A stretch of DNA of 32,000 nucleotides, taken from Magnetococcales bacterium. Its GTDB lineage: Bacteria; Pseudomonadota; Magnetococcia; Magnetococcales; Magnetaquicoccaceae. The stretch is taken from assembly GCA_015231755.1 (NCBI GenBank), contig JADGAZ010000017.1:16891-48890 (forward strand). The letters are read 5' to 3'. The notes below the pieces were generated by a model that worked only from the letters and a program-made list of their open reading frames with translations, was not told the DNA's origin and ran no database searches. Positions 16,000 to 25,800 of the stretch are shown here, one piece after another. The position numbers and the translations under genes are program-made. Within the stretch, counting starts at the first letter, position 1. The number at the start of each line of letters is the position of its first letter.

Positions 16000-16565
16000 T
16001 GATTGCCTCCGCGCATGCCTCGGCGGGGGGCGCCGCTGCGTCGTCGGGCTTGCCGCAATTCGAGCCCAGTGTTTTCGGGTCCCAGATTTTCTGGACCGTG
16101 GTCTCGTTTTTTCTGTTGATGCTGTTGCTCAAGAAGTATGTTCTGCCAGCGATCATCAATATTCTGGACAGTCGTGCCAGTCGCATCTCGGATGATCTGC
16201 AAAAAGCCGAACAGGCCCGCAAGGAAGGAGAGCGGTTGCTGACCAACTATCAAGGACAGTTGGTCGCCGCCCGTCAAATGGCTGCCCAGACTCTGGAAGA
16301 GGCGCGTCAGGAAGCCATTCGTCACCGTGAGCAGGCTTTGGAAGATCTCAACAAGGAACTGGGCAAAAAGAAAAATGCCGCCCTGGTGGAGATCGAACAG
16401 GCCAAACACAAGGCCATGGAAGAAGTGCGCAATGCTGCTGTGGAGTTGTCCATGCTGGTGGCCGAGAAGTTGATCGTCAAGTCGATCAAGGTCGAGGATG
16501 CCAATCGCATGGTGCAAGAGGCTGTGAAGCAGCTTGGTGAGGGGGGGGAGACCAGGTTGCATTGA
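15999..16565 (+). CDS. atpF: F0F1 ATP synthase subunit b (b'-like)
   Basis: 188 aa. LPQFEPSVFGSQIFWTVVSFFLLMLLL membrane anchor followed by a long charged helix. The start overlaps the atpE stop (TGATG). Only one b-type gene is present. Confidence 0.85.
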   Translation: MIASAHASAGGAAASSGLPQFEPSVFGSQIFWTVVSFFLLMLLLKKYVLPAIINILDSRASRISDDLQKAEQARKEGERLLTNYQGQLVAARQMAAQTLEEARQEAIRHREQALEDLNKELGKKKNAALVEIEQAKHKAMEEVRNAAVELSMLVAEKLIVKSIKVEDANRMVQEAVKQLGEGGETRLH

Positions 16566-16566
16566 G

Positions 16567-16645
16567 CTTTTCCCATCGGGAGGTTACGATCTGCCCGTCC
16601 TTTGGGCGGTCAGTCGTCTCCCGAATGGGGAAAGATTTTGGTTTG
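16567..16645 (+). terminator. Probable terminator structure after atpF
   Basis: CTTTTCCCATCGGGAG (16567-16582) pairs with CTCCCGAATGGGGAAAG (16618-16634): 16 bp, one bulge, one G-U. It encloses a smaller GC hairpin and is followed by ATTTTGGTTT. It begins 2 nt after the stop codon. Confidence 0.5.
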
Positions 16646-16974
16646 CAAGGTTGGGTGTGGTTTTTGGCAGGTTGACCGCTACCGTCTGGTACGGTTTCTT
16701 TGGGCTGGTTCCGCGTTGTCTTCTTTGGGGTTTCTCGCCCCTGTCTCGCAGTTCTTCAGGTTTCCGGGTATCCACTTTAAAGACTAAGGATTCTGGATGA
16801 ACCGGTTGTAAAAAATCTATTTATGAACATTTGTTTGTCGGTCCGTTCCTGGCCTTTTCCGGGTATCGTGTGCCAATGGATTGGCTTGTAAATTGCTTCA
16901 TTCGGAGAAGAACTCCTGCGACCACCGTTCGCGGGGGTCAATGTTTTGTCTTCTCCAGAGGAAAAAGGCATCCC

Positions 16975-19590
16975 ATGGACCGTCACGAACCCATCGATTC
17001 CAAGGATTTAACGGCCTTCAGAAGCCCGACGATGGCAAGCCACGCCCGACGAACCGGCTTGATCCTTCTCGGTTGTCTCCTGCTTGCGGCCTGTGAGCCT
17101 GCATCACACATCAGGCAGTCCAGGGACCATTTTCTGCAACCGACCAATCCCGAGGTGGATATCTCCTCTGGCCCGTCTCCCAAAAAGGACGGAGCGCCAC
17201 TGGCCAGTCTGACGGATTCTTCCAGTCCCGAAGAGGTCTATACCATCACCGTCACGGAAATGCCGGTGCGTGATCTGCTGTTTGCTTTGGCCCGGGATGC
17301 CAACAAAAATATTGACGTTTACCCTGGCATCCAGGGTCGGGTCACGTTGAGCGCCATCGATCAGCCTTTGAGCAAGATTCTCGATCGTGTGGCCAAGCAG
17401 GTGGCCATCCGCTACGAAATCCAGGACAAAACCATCGTCGTGACGCCGGATTTGCCCTTCTTGAAGATCTATCAGGTGGATTATCTGGGGATCGAGCGGG
17501 AGTTGGTCAGCACCAACAAGTTGTCCACCCATCTGTCCACCTCCAAAGGCAATACCCTGTCCAACCCCCTGACCGGGGCGGATAACAACCAGTCCAACAG
17601 CACCTTGACCACGGCTTCCAGCAGCAAGTTCTGGAAAACCATCACCCAGAACATCCAGGCGATTCTGGGCGCGGATGTGGGCATCGAGTTCCAGTCTGCG
17701 CAGGAACCGGGATTGCCCACCGGCGCCCCGGGTGCTGCTGGCATCGGGGCGGGGGGGCTGGGGGCTGCCGCGGCCGGATTGCCCTCGGGTGGTGGTCTGG
17801 GCGGCCTCAACGGCATTATGCCGCCTCAAGGCGGGGTCGGTCCCGTTGGGGTCGGAGCGGTTCCCGGCAGGGGCGCGGAGAACAAGGGTGGATCCTCCAA
17901 GCCGGGTCTGGTTTCGGTCAACACCGAAGCCGGCGTCATGAGCATCGTGGCCACAGCCCAGCAGCACACCCGGATTCAAGAGTATCTGGACAGCGTGTTG
18001 GAAAATGTTCATCGTCAGGTGCTCATCGAGTCCACGGTGGTGGAGGTGGAGCTGTCGGATCGTTTCCAGGAGGGTGTGGACTGGGATCTGATCTTCAACC
18101 GCTCTGCGGGTGTGATCCTGAAAAGTGCTTTTTCCGAAAGCGCCGGCGCCTTGAACGCTGCCAGCCGTACCGCTCAGGGCACCTTGAACTATTTCACGCT
18201 GGGTCACACCGGCGGTCCGGATGGCAATGGGAGAACCGACAAGGGACCCGTGAACGCCACCATCAAGCTTCTGGAGACCTTTGGTAACGCCAAAATTTTG
18301 TCGAGTCCCAAGATCATGGCGCTCAACAATCAGCCTGCCATCCTGAAGGTGGTCAAGAACAGCGTCTTCTTCACTCTGAAATCCAGTACCGGCAACAACA
18401 ACACGGGCAATACTACCACCACGGGCACCGTGGCCTCGCAACCGGTGTTCGATACCGAAATCCACACGGTTCCGGTGGGACTGGTGATGACCGTCACGCC
18501 GCAAATCTCCAAGGAGGGGATTGTCAGTCTCAACGTGCGGCCCACCATCTCCCGCATCAGCCGTTGGGTCTCCGATCCCAACCCGGCCCTGGTGGCCGGC
18601 AACCTTCAGACCGGTCTGACCGACTCCATCAACAACGCCATTCCCGAGATCGAGGTCAAGGAGATGGAAACCATGATGCGGGTACACAGCGGTCAGGTGG
18701 CGGTCATGGGTGGCTTGATGCAGGATTCCATCAGCAACGGCTCGGCGGGTGTGCCGATGCTTTCCAGACTGCCGGGTGGCCTGGGTGCCTTGTTCAGCCA
18801 TCAGGACCAGGGGGTGAGCAAAAGCGAATTGGTGATCTTCTTGCGACCGGTTGTCATGACCCATGGCAGACCCAAAGAGCAGGTGGTCGAACGGCCCCGG
18901 GATCTGCCCAGGGAGTCCCAGCCCGCTGCGGCTCAACCGGCCCAGATCCAGGCCCAGCCCGCCCAGTCCGCCGCTGCGGCCCAACCGGCCCAGCCTGCCG
19001 CTGCGGCCAAGCCTGCCACCGCCCCTGAAAAAAGTGGCGCCGGTAAACCGGTCAACACCAGCGGTGAGAAGGCTAAACCCGCCGGAGAGCGTCCTGCCAA
19101 GGGGAATGAAGCCCGTACCACACCTCCGGTGGAAACGCCGGCTCCGGCTTCCGCTCCGACCAGCGCCGCCGCGACTCCTGCCCAGCCGCCGGCCTCTACC
19201 GCCGCCGCCGCCCAGGGGTCAGCCCCGGTCCCGGCCTCGGCCCCGGCGGCAGGGGGGAACGCCACTCCGGCTCCGGCCTCGGCCCCGCCCATCCAGACTC
19301 CGGCCTCGGCTCCGCCGACTCCTGCCCCGGCAGCGCCTCCGGCCCAGACCTCGGCCCCCCAGTCCAGAGGCAATGCGGCCAACGCCATGGCGGTAGGCTC
19401 TTATCTGGACTTCACCTCTCCGGAAGGACAGGCCAACATGTCGGGGACTGCCGCCTATCCGGCCTTTTCCGGCGGCGTGCCCCAGCATCAGGGGTTTCCT
19501 GTCACCGGTGCCCCCCAGCCCGAGGCACCCCAGCGTTCGCCTGCGGAGCAACCCACGGCTTCAGGCCTGTCCCAGGAATCCAGAATGTAA
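16975..19590 (+). CDS. Secretin (GspD/PilQ superfamily; MshL-like lipoprotein form) with a Gly-rich insertion and a long Pro/Ala-rich C-terminal tail
   Basis: Lipobox LLLAAC. N-domain YTITVTEMPVRDLLFALARDANKNIDVYPGIQGRVTLSAIDQPLSKILDRVAK...IYQVDYLG. Canonical secretin C-domain: GNAKILSSPKIMALNNQPAILKV..., IPEIEVKEMETMMRVHSGQVAVMGGLM..., VPMLSRLPGGLGALF..., ELVIFLRPVVM. The start is taken at ATG 16975 (AGAGGAAAAAGG 8 nt upstream); ATG 17032 is an alternative. Confidence 0.88.
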   Translation: MDRHEPIDSKDLTAFRSPTMASHARRTGLILLGCLLLAACEPASHIRQSRDHFLQPTNPEVDISSGPSPKKDGAPLASLTDSSSPEEVYTITVTEMPVRDLLFALARDANKNIDVYPGIQGRVTLSAIDQPLSKILDRVAKQVAIRYEIQDKTIVVTPDLPFLKIYQVDYLGIERELVSTNKLSTHLSTSKGNTLSNPLTGADNNQSNSTLTTASSSKFWKTITQNIQAILGADVGIEFQSAQEPGLPTGAPGAAGIGAGGLGAAAAGLPSGGGLGGLNGIMPPQGGVGPVGVGAVPGRGAENKGGSSKPGLVSVNTEAGVMSIVATAQQHTRIQEYLDSVLENVHRQVLIESTVVEVELSDRFQEGVDWDLIFNRSAGVILKSAFSESAGALNAASRTAQGTLNYFTLGHTGGPDGNGRTDKGPVNATIKLLETFGNAKILSSPKIMALNNQPAILKVVKNSVFFTLKSSTGNNNTGNTTTTGTVASQPVFDTEIHTVPVGLVMTVTPQISKEGIVSLNVRPTISRISRWVSDPNPALVAGNLQTGLTDSINNAIPEIEVKEMETMMRVHSGQVAVMGGLMQDSISNGSAGVPMLSRLPGGLGALFSHQDQGVSKSELVIFLRPVVMTHGRPKEQVVERPRDLPRESQPAAAQPAQIQAQPAQSAAAAQPAQPAAAAKPATAPEKSGAGKPVNTSGEKAKPAGERPAKGNEARTTPPVETPAPASAPTSAAATPAQPPASTAAAAQGSAPVPASAPAAGGNATPAPASAPPIQTPASAPPTPAPAAPPAQTSAPQSRGNAANAMAVGSYLDFTSPEGQANMSGTAAYPAFSGGVPQHQGFPVTGAPQPEAPQRSPAEQPTASGLSQESRM

Positions 19591-19636
19591 CCGCTTGATC
19601 GCGGACCACCAGGCGTGGGACGTGACACCGTGTTTC

Positions 19637-19665
19637 AAGCCGTCCCTTGTGGACGGCTTTTTTTT
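19637..19665 (+). terminator. Rho-independent terminator after the secretin gene
   Basis: AAGCCGTCC (19637-19645), loop CTTGT, GGACGGCTT (19651-19659), running into a T8 tract (to 19665). Confidence 0.85.
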
Positions 19666-19874
19666 GGAGGCAGGTCAATGGTCGTGAATGGCGCGATGCG
19701 TGTCCGGATTGATATCGGCCCATGCGGGGATCCCGGTTAGGGATGGTTACGATTTTTTACCGGATATTAATAGGATTTCTTGCAAAATTCGGTATACTGT
19801 AAACTTGGTGTGTTTCGCTTGCGCATGCGGAACCATGATTGCGTCCATTTCCTTGCAAGGGATTTTCACGATCC

Positions 19875-22800
19875 ATGGGCAATCTTCTTCGGAATAAACG
19901 GTTGGTGGCGATAGTGGCCCTTGTGGTCCTGGTAGGCGTGGGCGGATATCTGTTGTTCGCGCCGGACACCACGGAGAAAAAGAAGCCGATCGTCGTGGAA
20001 CGGGCCAAACTGGCTCAACCCGAGAAAAAATCCCAGGATTCCGCATCCAAAGCCCAAGGAGCGGATCAAACCGCACCCAAACGGGAAGTGGTCGGCACGG
20101 TGAGCCAGTTCAAGGGGTTGGCGTTCGCCAATTTTGAGAATGTCAAGCGCACCTTGTCCGATGGCGCCCCTTTGTTCCAGGGGGATCAGATCATCACCGG
20201 TCGCGAGGGACGCATCATTCTGAAAATGCGCGATGATGCGGTCGTGGCCCTGGGGCCGGACAGCGAATTCTTGATCCAGGAATACCAGTTCGCCCCCAAG
20301 GAGCAGGCGGGCAATGGTGTGGTGCATATGACTCAAGGAATGATTCGGTTTACTTCCGGCAAGCTGGCGCAGATGAAAAATCAGCCCTTCAAGGTGGTCA
20401 CCCCGGTGGCGACTTTGGGGGTGCGGGGCACCGAAGGTTTTGTCCGTCTGGGTGACGGCAAGGGCAAGGATCGAGAGATCGAGGTTCTCACCTTGCACAA
20501 GCAGATCCTGGTGTGGATGGAAGAGGCGGCGCGACCCGGACCGGTCACCTCGTCTTCCCTGGGTGAGATTTATCGTTCCTGGGGTTGGTCCCTGGTGTCC
20601 GAGGCCCAGGCCGCGGATACGGGCAAACAGCCTTTGTCGGTCAATCAGAACGAACGTCTTTCCGGCAGTCCCAACAAGGCGCCGGAGATCCGCAAGGCCA
20701 CTCGGGATGAGTTGAAAGCCGCCCACGCGTCCACCGCAATCCGCAAGTTGAGCCCCTCCGCCGTGCAGGCCCTGCGCAATCAGGCGGCCAAGGCTTTGGT
20801 GGAGCAGGGCGGGGCGCCGGATCTGGCCACCGCCGAAAAACTGTTGGCTAAATCTCCCGACGCCATCCGGGATCTGGTGGACAAGGCCGAAGCCAAGCTG
20901 GAAAAAGAGCTGGACAAGGCGATCGACAAAAAACTCGATCAGATCGAAAAGCTCGAAAAACTGGACAGCAAGCTGAAAGAGTCCATGGGGGAGGAGGCTT
21001 TCGCCCAGTACAAAAAGGCCGAAGAGCAGCGGGAATCCCAGTCGGAAGCGTTGCAGCAGGAGCGGGATCAGAAACTCAAAAATCTTTTGGGGAATGATGC
21101 CAAGGTCGAAGAGGTCAAGCAACTCGAAGCCGACAAGGAAGCGCGCAAGGACGCTTTGATCGACAAGATGACCGAAGAGATCGCCAAGGCCGAAGCGGAA
21201 AAAGATACCAAAAAACAGGCGGCCCTCAAGGCGGAATTGGACAAGAAACTGGCCGCCTTGGACAAAGAGACCGATCAGACCTTGAAGAACCTCCTCGGCT
21301 CGGACAAGGCCGACCAGATCAAACAGGCAGACAAGCAAAATGAGTCGCGTCAAAGCCAGATCGACGCCGAATTTGCCAAACAGATCGATGCGGTGGTGCC
21401 CGCCGACAGCAAAGAAAACGTCAAGGCCCTTCAGCAGCAGAAGGAGCGGATTCAGTCCGAGCCGACGGTGGATCTCTCCCCCCTGGGGCTGAGTCGGGTT
21501 TCGGAGAGCGTGCAAGCCGGTATTCTGAAGAGCCTCGGGACGGATATGAGTGCGTTCGCCGACGGAATCGTGAGCGCGGTCAAGTCCGGCACCGGGTTGG
21601 AGCAGGCATTGCAGCGTTTGCACGATGCGGTGCAGGCTCGGGATCGGCAGGAGGCCAGTCGTCTGGGGGTGACGGATCTGGACTCGGCCCGGAAGCTCGA
21701 ACAGGAGGCCCGGCAGGCCATCGAACCGTCCACGCCTTCTCCCGAGGTCACACCCGCCACCGAGGCCAAGCCCGTTACCGGGGCCAAGCCCGCCACCGAA
21801 GCCAAAACCGAAGGCAAAACCCCGGAATCGGAAAGCAAGACCGAAGGCAAGCCCACCACCGACACCAAAAAATCCGAAGCGGATGCGGCCAGCAAAGCCG
21901 CCGTACCGGCCCCCGATTCCGGGACCGCCACCACGACCGTTCCCGGTGGTTTGTCACCCTCGGCGCTGGATCCTTCCGCCGGCGGCAATGCGGGCTCTTC
22001 GGGGGCGTCGAACACCACCACCACCACCTCGATTCAAGCCAATCAGTCTCCTGTCATGGAGACCCAAAGCTTTACCATCCAGGAAAACGCTCCGGCGGGT
22101 ACCGTCGTGGGCACGTTGATCGCTTCGGATGCGGATACGGTGGATCAAAACCGCTTGACCTTCACCCTGGGGGGGTCCAGTGCCTTTGCCGTGGGATCCA
22201 AAAGCGGTCAGATCACGGTCGTCGACTCTTCGCTGCTGGACTTCGAGACCACACCCACCTTCACCTTGACCGCTGCGGTGAAGGATGCCCGGAATGCCAC
22301 GACCTCCGCCACGGTGTTGATCAAACTCACCAATGTCAACGAGGCGCCCACCATCACCTCCACGGCTGCCGCCAGCTTTGCCGAAAACGCCACGGGTACG
22401 GTCTATCAGGCCACCGCCACCGATCCGGATAGCGGGGATACCAAGGTCTGGAGTCTGTCCGGCAGCGATGCCTCCCTGTTTGCCATCAACAGCGCCACCG
22501 GGGCTGTGACTTTCAACGCCGCTCCGGATTATGAGACTCCCAAGGACTCCGGCGCGGACAACACCTATGATATCACGGTAGTTGCCACCGACGCCGCAGG
22601 CGCGGCGGGATCCAAGGCCGTGGCCATCACGGTGACCAATGTTAATGAAGCCCCCACGGTTTCTTCGCCGGCCACCGCCAGCTTTGTCGAAAACGGTACC
22701 GGAATCGCCTATCAGGCCACGGTATCGGATCCGGATGCCAACGACACGTTCGCTTGGACCTTGTCGGGCACGGATGCGGCCCTGTTTTCCATCCAGGCCG

Positions 22801-25800
22801 CCACCGGTGCCGTGAGCTTCAAACAGGCTCCGGACTACGAATCTCCCAAGGATGCCGGGGCGGACAACGTTTACGATTTCAGCGTGACCGTGACCGATGG
22901 GGGCAATCTGTCGGCCACCCGTGCTGTCGCGCTCACCGTGACCGCGGGCAACGACGCCCCGACGATCACATCCGGGTCCGCGGTGAGTTTTGTGGAGAAT
23001 GGCACCGGAATCGCCTACCAGGCCACCGCCACGGATCCGGATGTCGGGGATACCCGGAGCTGGACCCTTTCCGGAGTGGACGCTTCTTTGTTTGCCATCG
23101 ACAGCGCCACTGGGGCGGTGACCTTCAAGCAATCCCCGGACTTTGAATCCCCCAAGGATGCGGGGGGCAACAACGTGTATGACCTGAGCGTGACGGTTAC
23201 GGATGCGGGGGGATTGTCCAGCACCAAGGCGGTGGCCATCACCGTGACCCATGTCAACGAAGCCCCATCGGTCCTTTCCGGGACCACAGCGACTTTCCCC
23301 GAAAACGGCACGGGCACGGTCTACCAGGGCATTGCCACGGATCCGGATGCCGGAGACCGGTTGAACTGGAGCCTATCCGGGACCGACGCGGCCTTGTTTG
23401 TCGTGGATGCATCCAGCGGGATGGTGACCTTCAAGCAAAGCCCGAACTTTGAACTCCCCCAGGATGCGGGGGCCAACAACATCTATGATGTGGTCGTGAC
23501 GGTGACCGATCAGGGAGGCTTGACCAGTGCCCGCGCCGTGGCCATCACCGTGACCGATGTGAACGAAGCGCCGACCGTCACGTCGGGCGCCACGGTGAGC
23601 TTTGCCGAAAAGGCCACCGGTACGGTCTATCAGGCCACCGCCACGGATCCGGATGTCGGGGATACCCGGAGCTGGACCCTTTCCGGGGTGGACGCTTCTT
23701 TGTTTGCCATCGACAGCGCCACTGGAGTGGTCACCTTCAAGCAATCCCCGGACTATGAAGCCCCCAAGGATGCGGGGGGGGACAACGTGTATGACCTGAA
23801 CGTGACGGTCACGGATGCGGGGGGATTGTCCGGCACCAAGGCGGTGGCCATCACTGTGACCAATGTCAACGAAGCCCCCATCGCCTTCGACGACACCGCC
23901 ACGGCCACGGAAGCCGGTGGCATCCTCAACGGTACTCCTGGCACCCCGGCCAGCGGCACGGTGCTGGGCAACGATACCGATGTGGATGCGGGTACCACCC
24001 TGACCGTCACCGCCATCCGCACAGGCGGCGTGGAAGGGAGTGGCGTGGCGGGGACGGTCGGTGTCGCTTTGACCGGCGCCCATGGCTCCCTGACCCAGGC
24101 GGCTGATGGCACTTTTGTCTATACGGTGAATGAGAACGATACGGCGGTGCAGGCGTTGGCGGCGGGGCAGAGTCTCACCGATCTGTTCAATTATACGGTG
24201 TCCGACGGGGCGTTGACCGATACCGGGGTGTTGACCATCACCATCCAGGGGGCCAACGATGCCCCGGTGGCCGTGGACGATGCCGGTTCCGCCACCGAGG
24301 CGGGTGGTACGGCCAATGGCACTCCAGGCAGTCCCGCCACCGGCAATGTGTTGACCAACGATACCGATGTGGATGCCGGCGCTACGTTGCAGGTCACGGC
24401 GGTGCGTCTGGGGGCGGTGGAAGGCAGTGGGGCCGCCGGAGTGCCCGGAAGTGCCTTGTCCGGCAACTACGGGGTGCTGACCCTTGCGGCCAGCGGGGCG
24501 TATACCTATGTGGTCAACGAAAGCCATGCCGCGGTTCAGGCCCTCAAGTCGGGCCAGAGTCTGGTGGATGCCTTCAATTATTCGGTTTCCGATGGCGCGT
24601 TGTCCGATCAGGGGGTGCTGACCATCACCATTCAAGGGGTCAACGACGCCCCGGTGGCCCAGAACGATTCCGGAGTGGCCATCGAAGCCGGTGGTGTGGC
24701 CAATGGCAGTACCGGCAGTCAGGCCGCGGGCCATGTGTTGACCAACGACACCGACCCGGAAAACGATACCCTCTTTGTGACCGCCGTGCGGGTGGGCAGC
24801 GTCGAAGGCAGCGGGAGTGCCGGCACCTTGGGCAGTGCCTTGGCTGGCACCTATGGTTCCCTCGTGTTGAACGGTTCCGGTGACTATACCTATGCGGTCA
24901 ACGAAAGCGATGCCACCATTCAGGCGTTGCAATCCGGTCAGAGTGTGACCGATTCGTTCAATTATACCGTCTCCGATGGCGCGTTGACCGATATCGGCGT
25001 GTTGACCATCACCATCCAGGGGAGCAACGACGCCCCCACCATCACATCGGCGGCCACCGTCAACTTTGCCGAAAACGGCACCGGTCCTGTTTACACCGCG
25101 ACGGCGACGGATCCGGAAAACCATGGGATCACTTGGTCGCTTTCCGGTACGGACGCGGCCCGGTTTTCCATGGATGCCACCACGGGTGTGATTCGTTTCC
25201 TCGCGACTCCGGATTATGAAGGGCCCACGGATGCCAATCTGGACCGGGCGTATGAAGTGGTGATCACCGCCACGGATGACGGGGTGGGCAATGCCGCCAG
25301 TTCCATGGCCTTGACCATCAGCGTCACCGATGTCAACGAAGCTCCGGTGGGTCAGAATGACACCGGAACCGCCATCGAGGCCGGTGGAGTGAACAACACC
25401 TCGGCGGGCAGCGATGCCAGTGGCAATGTGCTCACCAACGACCAGGACGCCGATGCCAATACCACCCTGACGGTCACGGCCATCCGCTTGGGTGGGGTGG
25501 CGGGCAGTGGGAGTGCCGGCGTGGTGGGATCCGCTTTGACCGGCACGTATGGCACCCTGACGGTGAGTGCCAGCGGGGATTATCAGTATGTGGTCAACAA
25601 CACCTTGGCGGCGGTGCAGGTGCTGCAATCTGGCCAGACCTTGTCGGAAAGCTTCAATTATACGCTTTCCGATGGGGCCTTGAGCGCGACGGCGGTTCTG
25701 ACCGTCACCATCCAGGGGGCCAACGACGCCCCGGTGGCCGTTGACGACACCGCCAGCGCCACCAGGGCCGGCAACGGTGCTGGGGTGAGTCCCGGTACGG

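Noticed and set aside
16665-16679. Sigma-54-like element TGGCAG-N5-CCGC upstream of the secretin
   Set aside because: Only the GG/GC dinucleotides and TGGCA match; the -12 region is poor. It lies ~300 nt from the start codon. Not enough to call a promoter without a PWM score or TSS data.
16534-16800. 88-aa ORF considered as a possible second ATP synthase b subunit
   Set aside because: It overlaps the atpF 3' end and the terminator structure. Its sequence (Trp/Gly/Arg/Phe-rich) has neither the b-subunit membrane anchor nor the charged helix.
17104-18984. 626-aa minus-strand ORF antisense to the secretin, and the 151-aa/177-aa frames over the P/A tail
   Set aside because: It is a shadow frame: the secretin domain motifs are all in the plus frame. 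The tail region is open in several frames because of its GC-rich low complexity, so the tail itself should still be verified (see finding).
19771-19800. Sigma-70 promoter call for the giant gene from TTGCAA and TATACT/TAAACT hexamers
   Set aside because: The spacing between the hexamers is 7 or 14 nt, not ~17. The region is AT-rich and probably promoter-bearing, but I cannot place the -35/-10 elements confidently.
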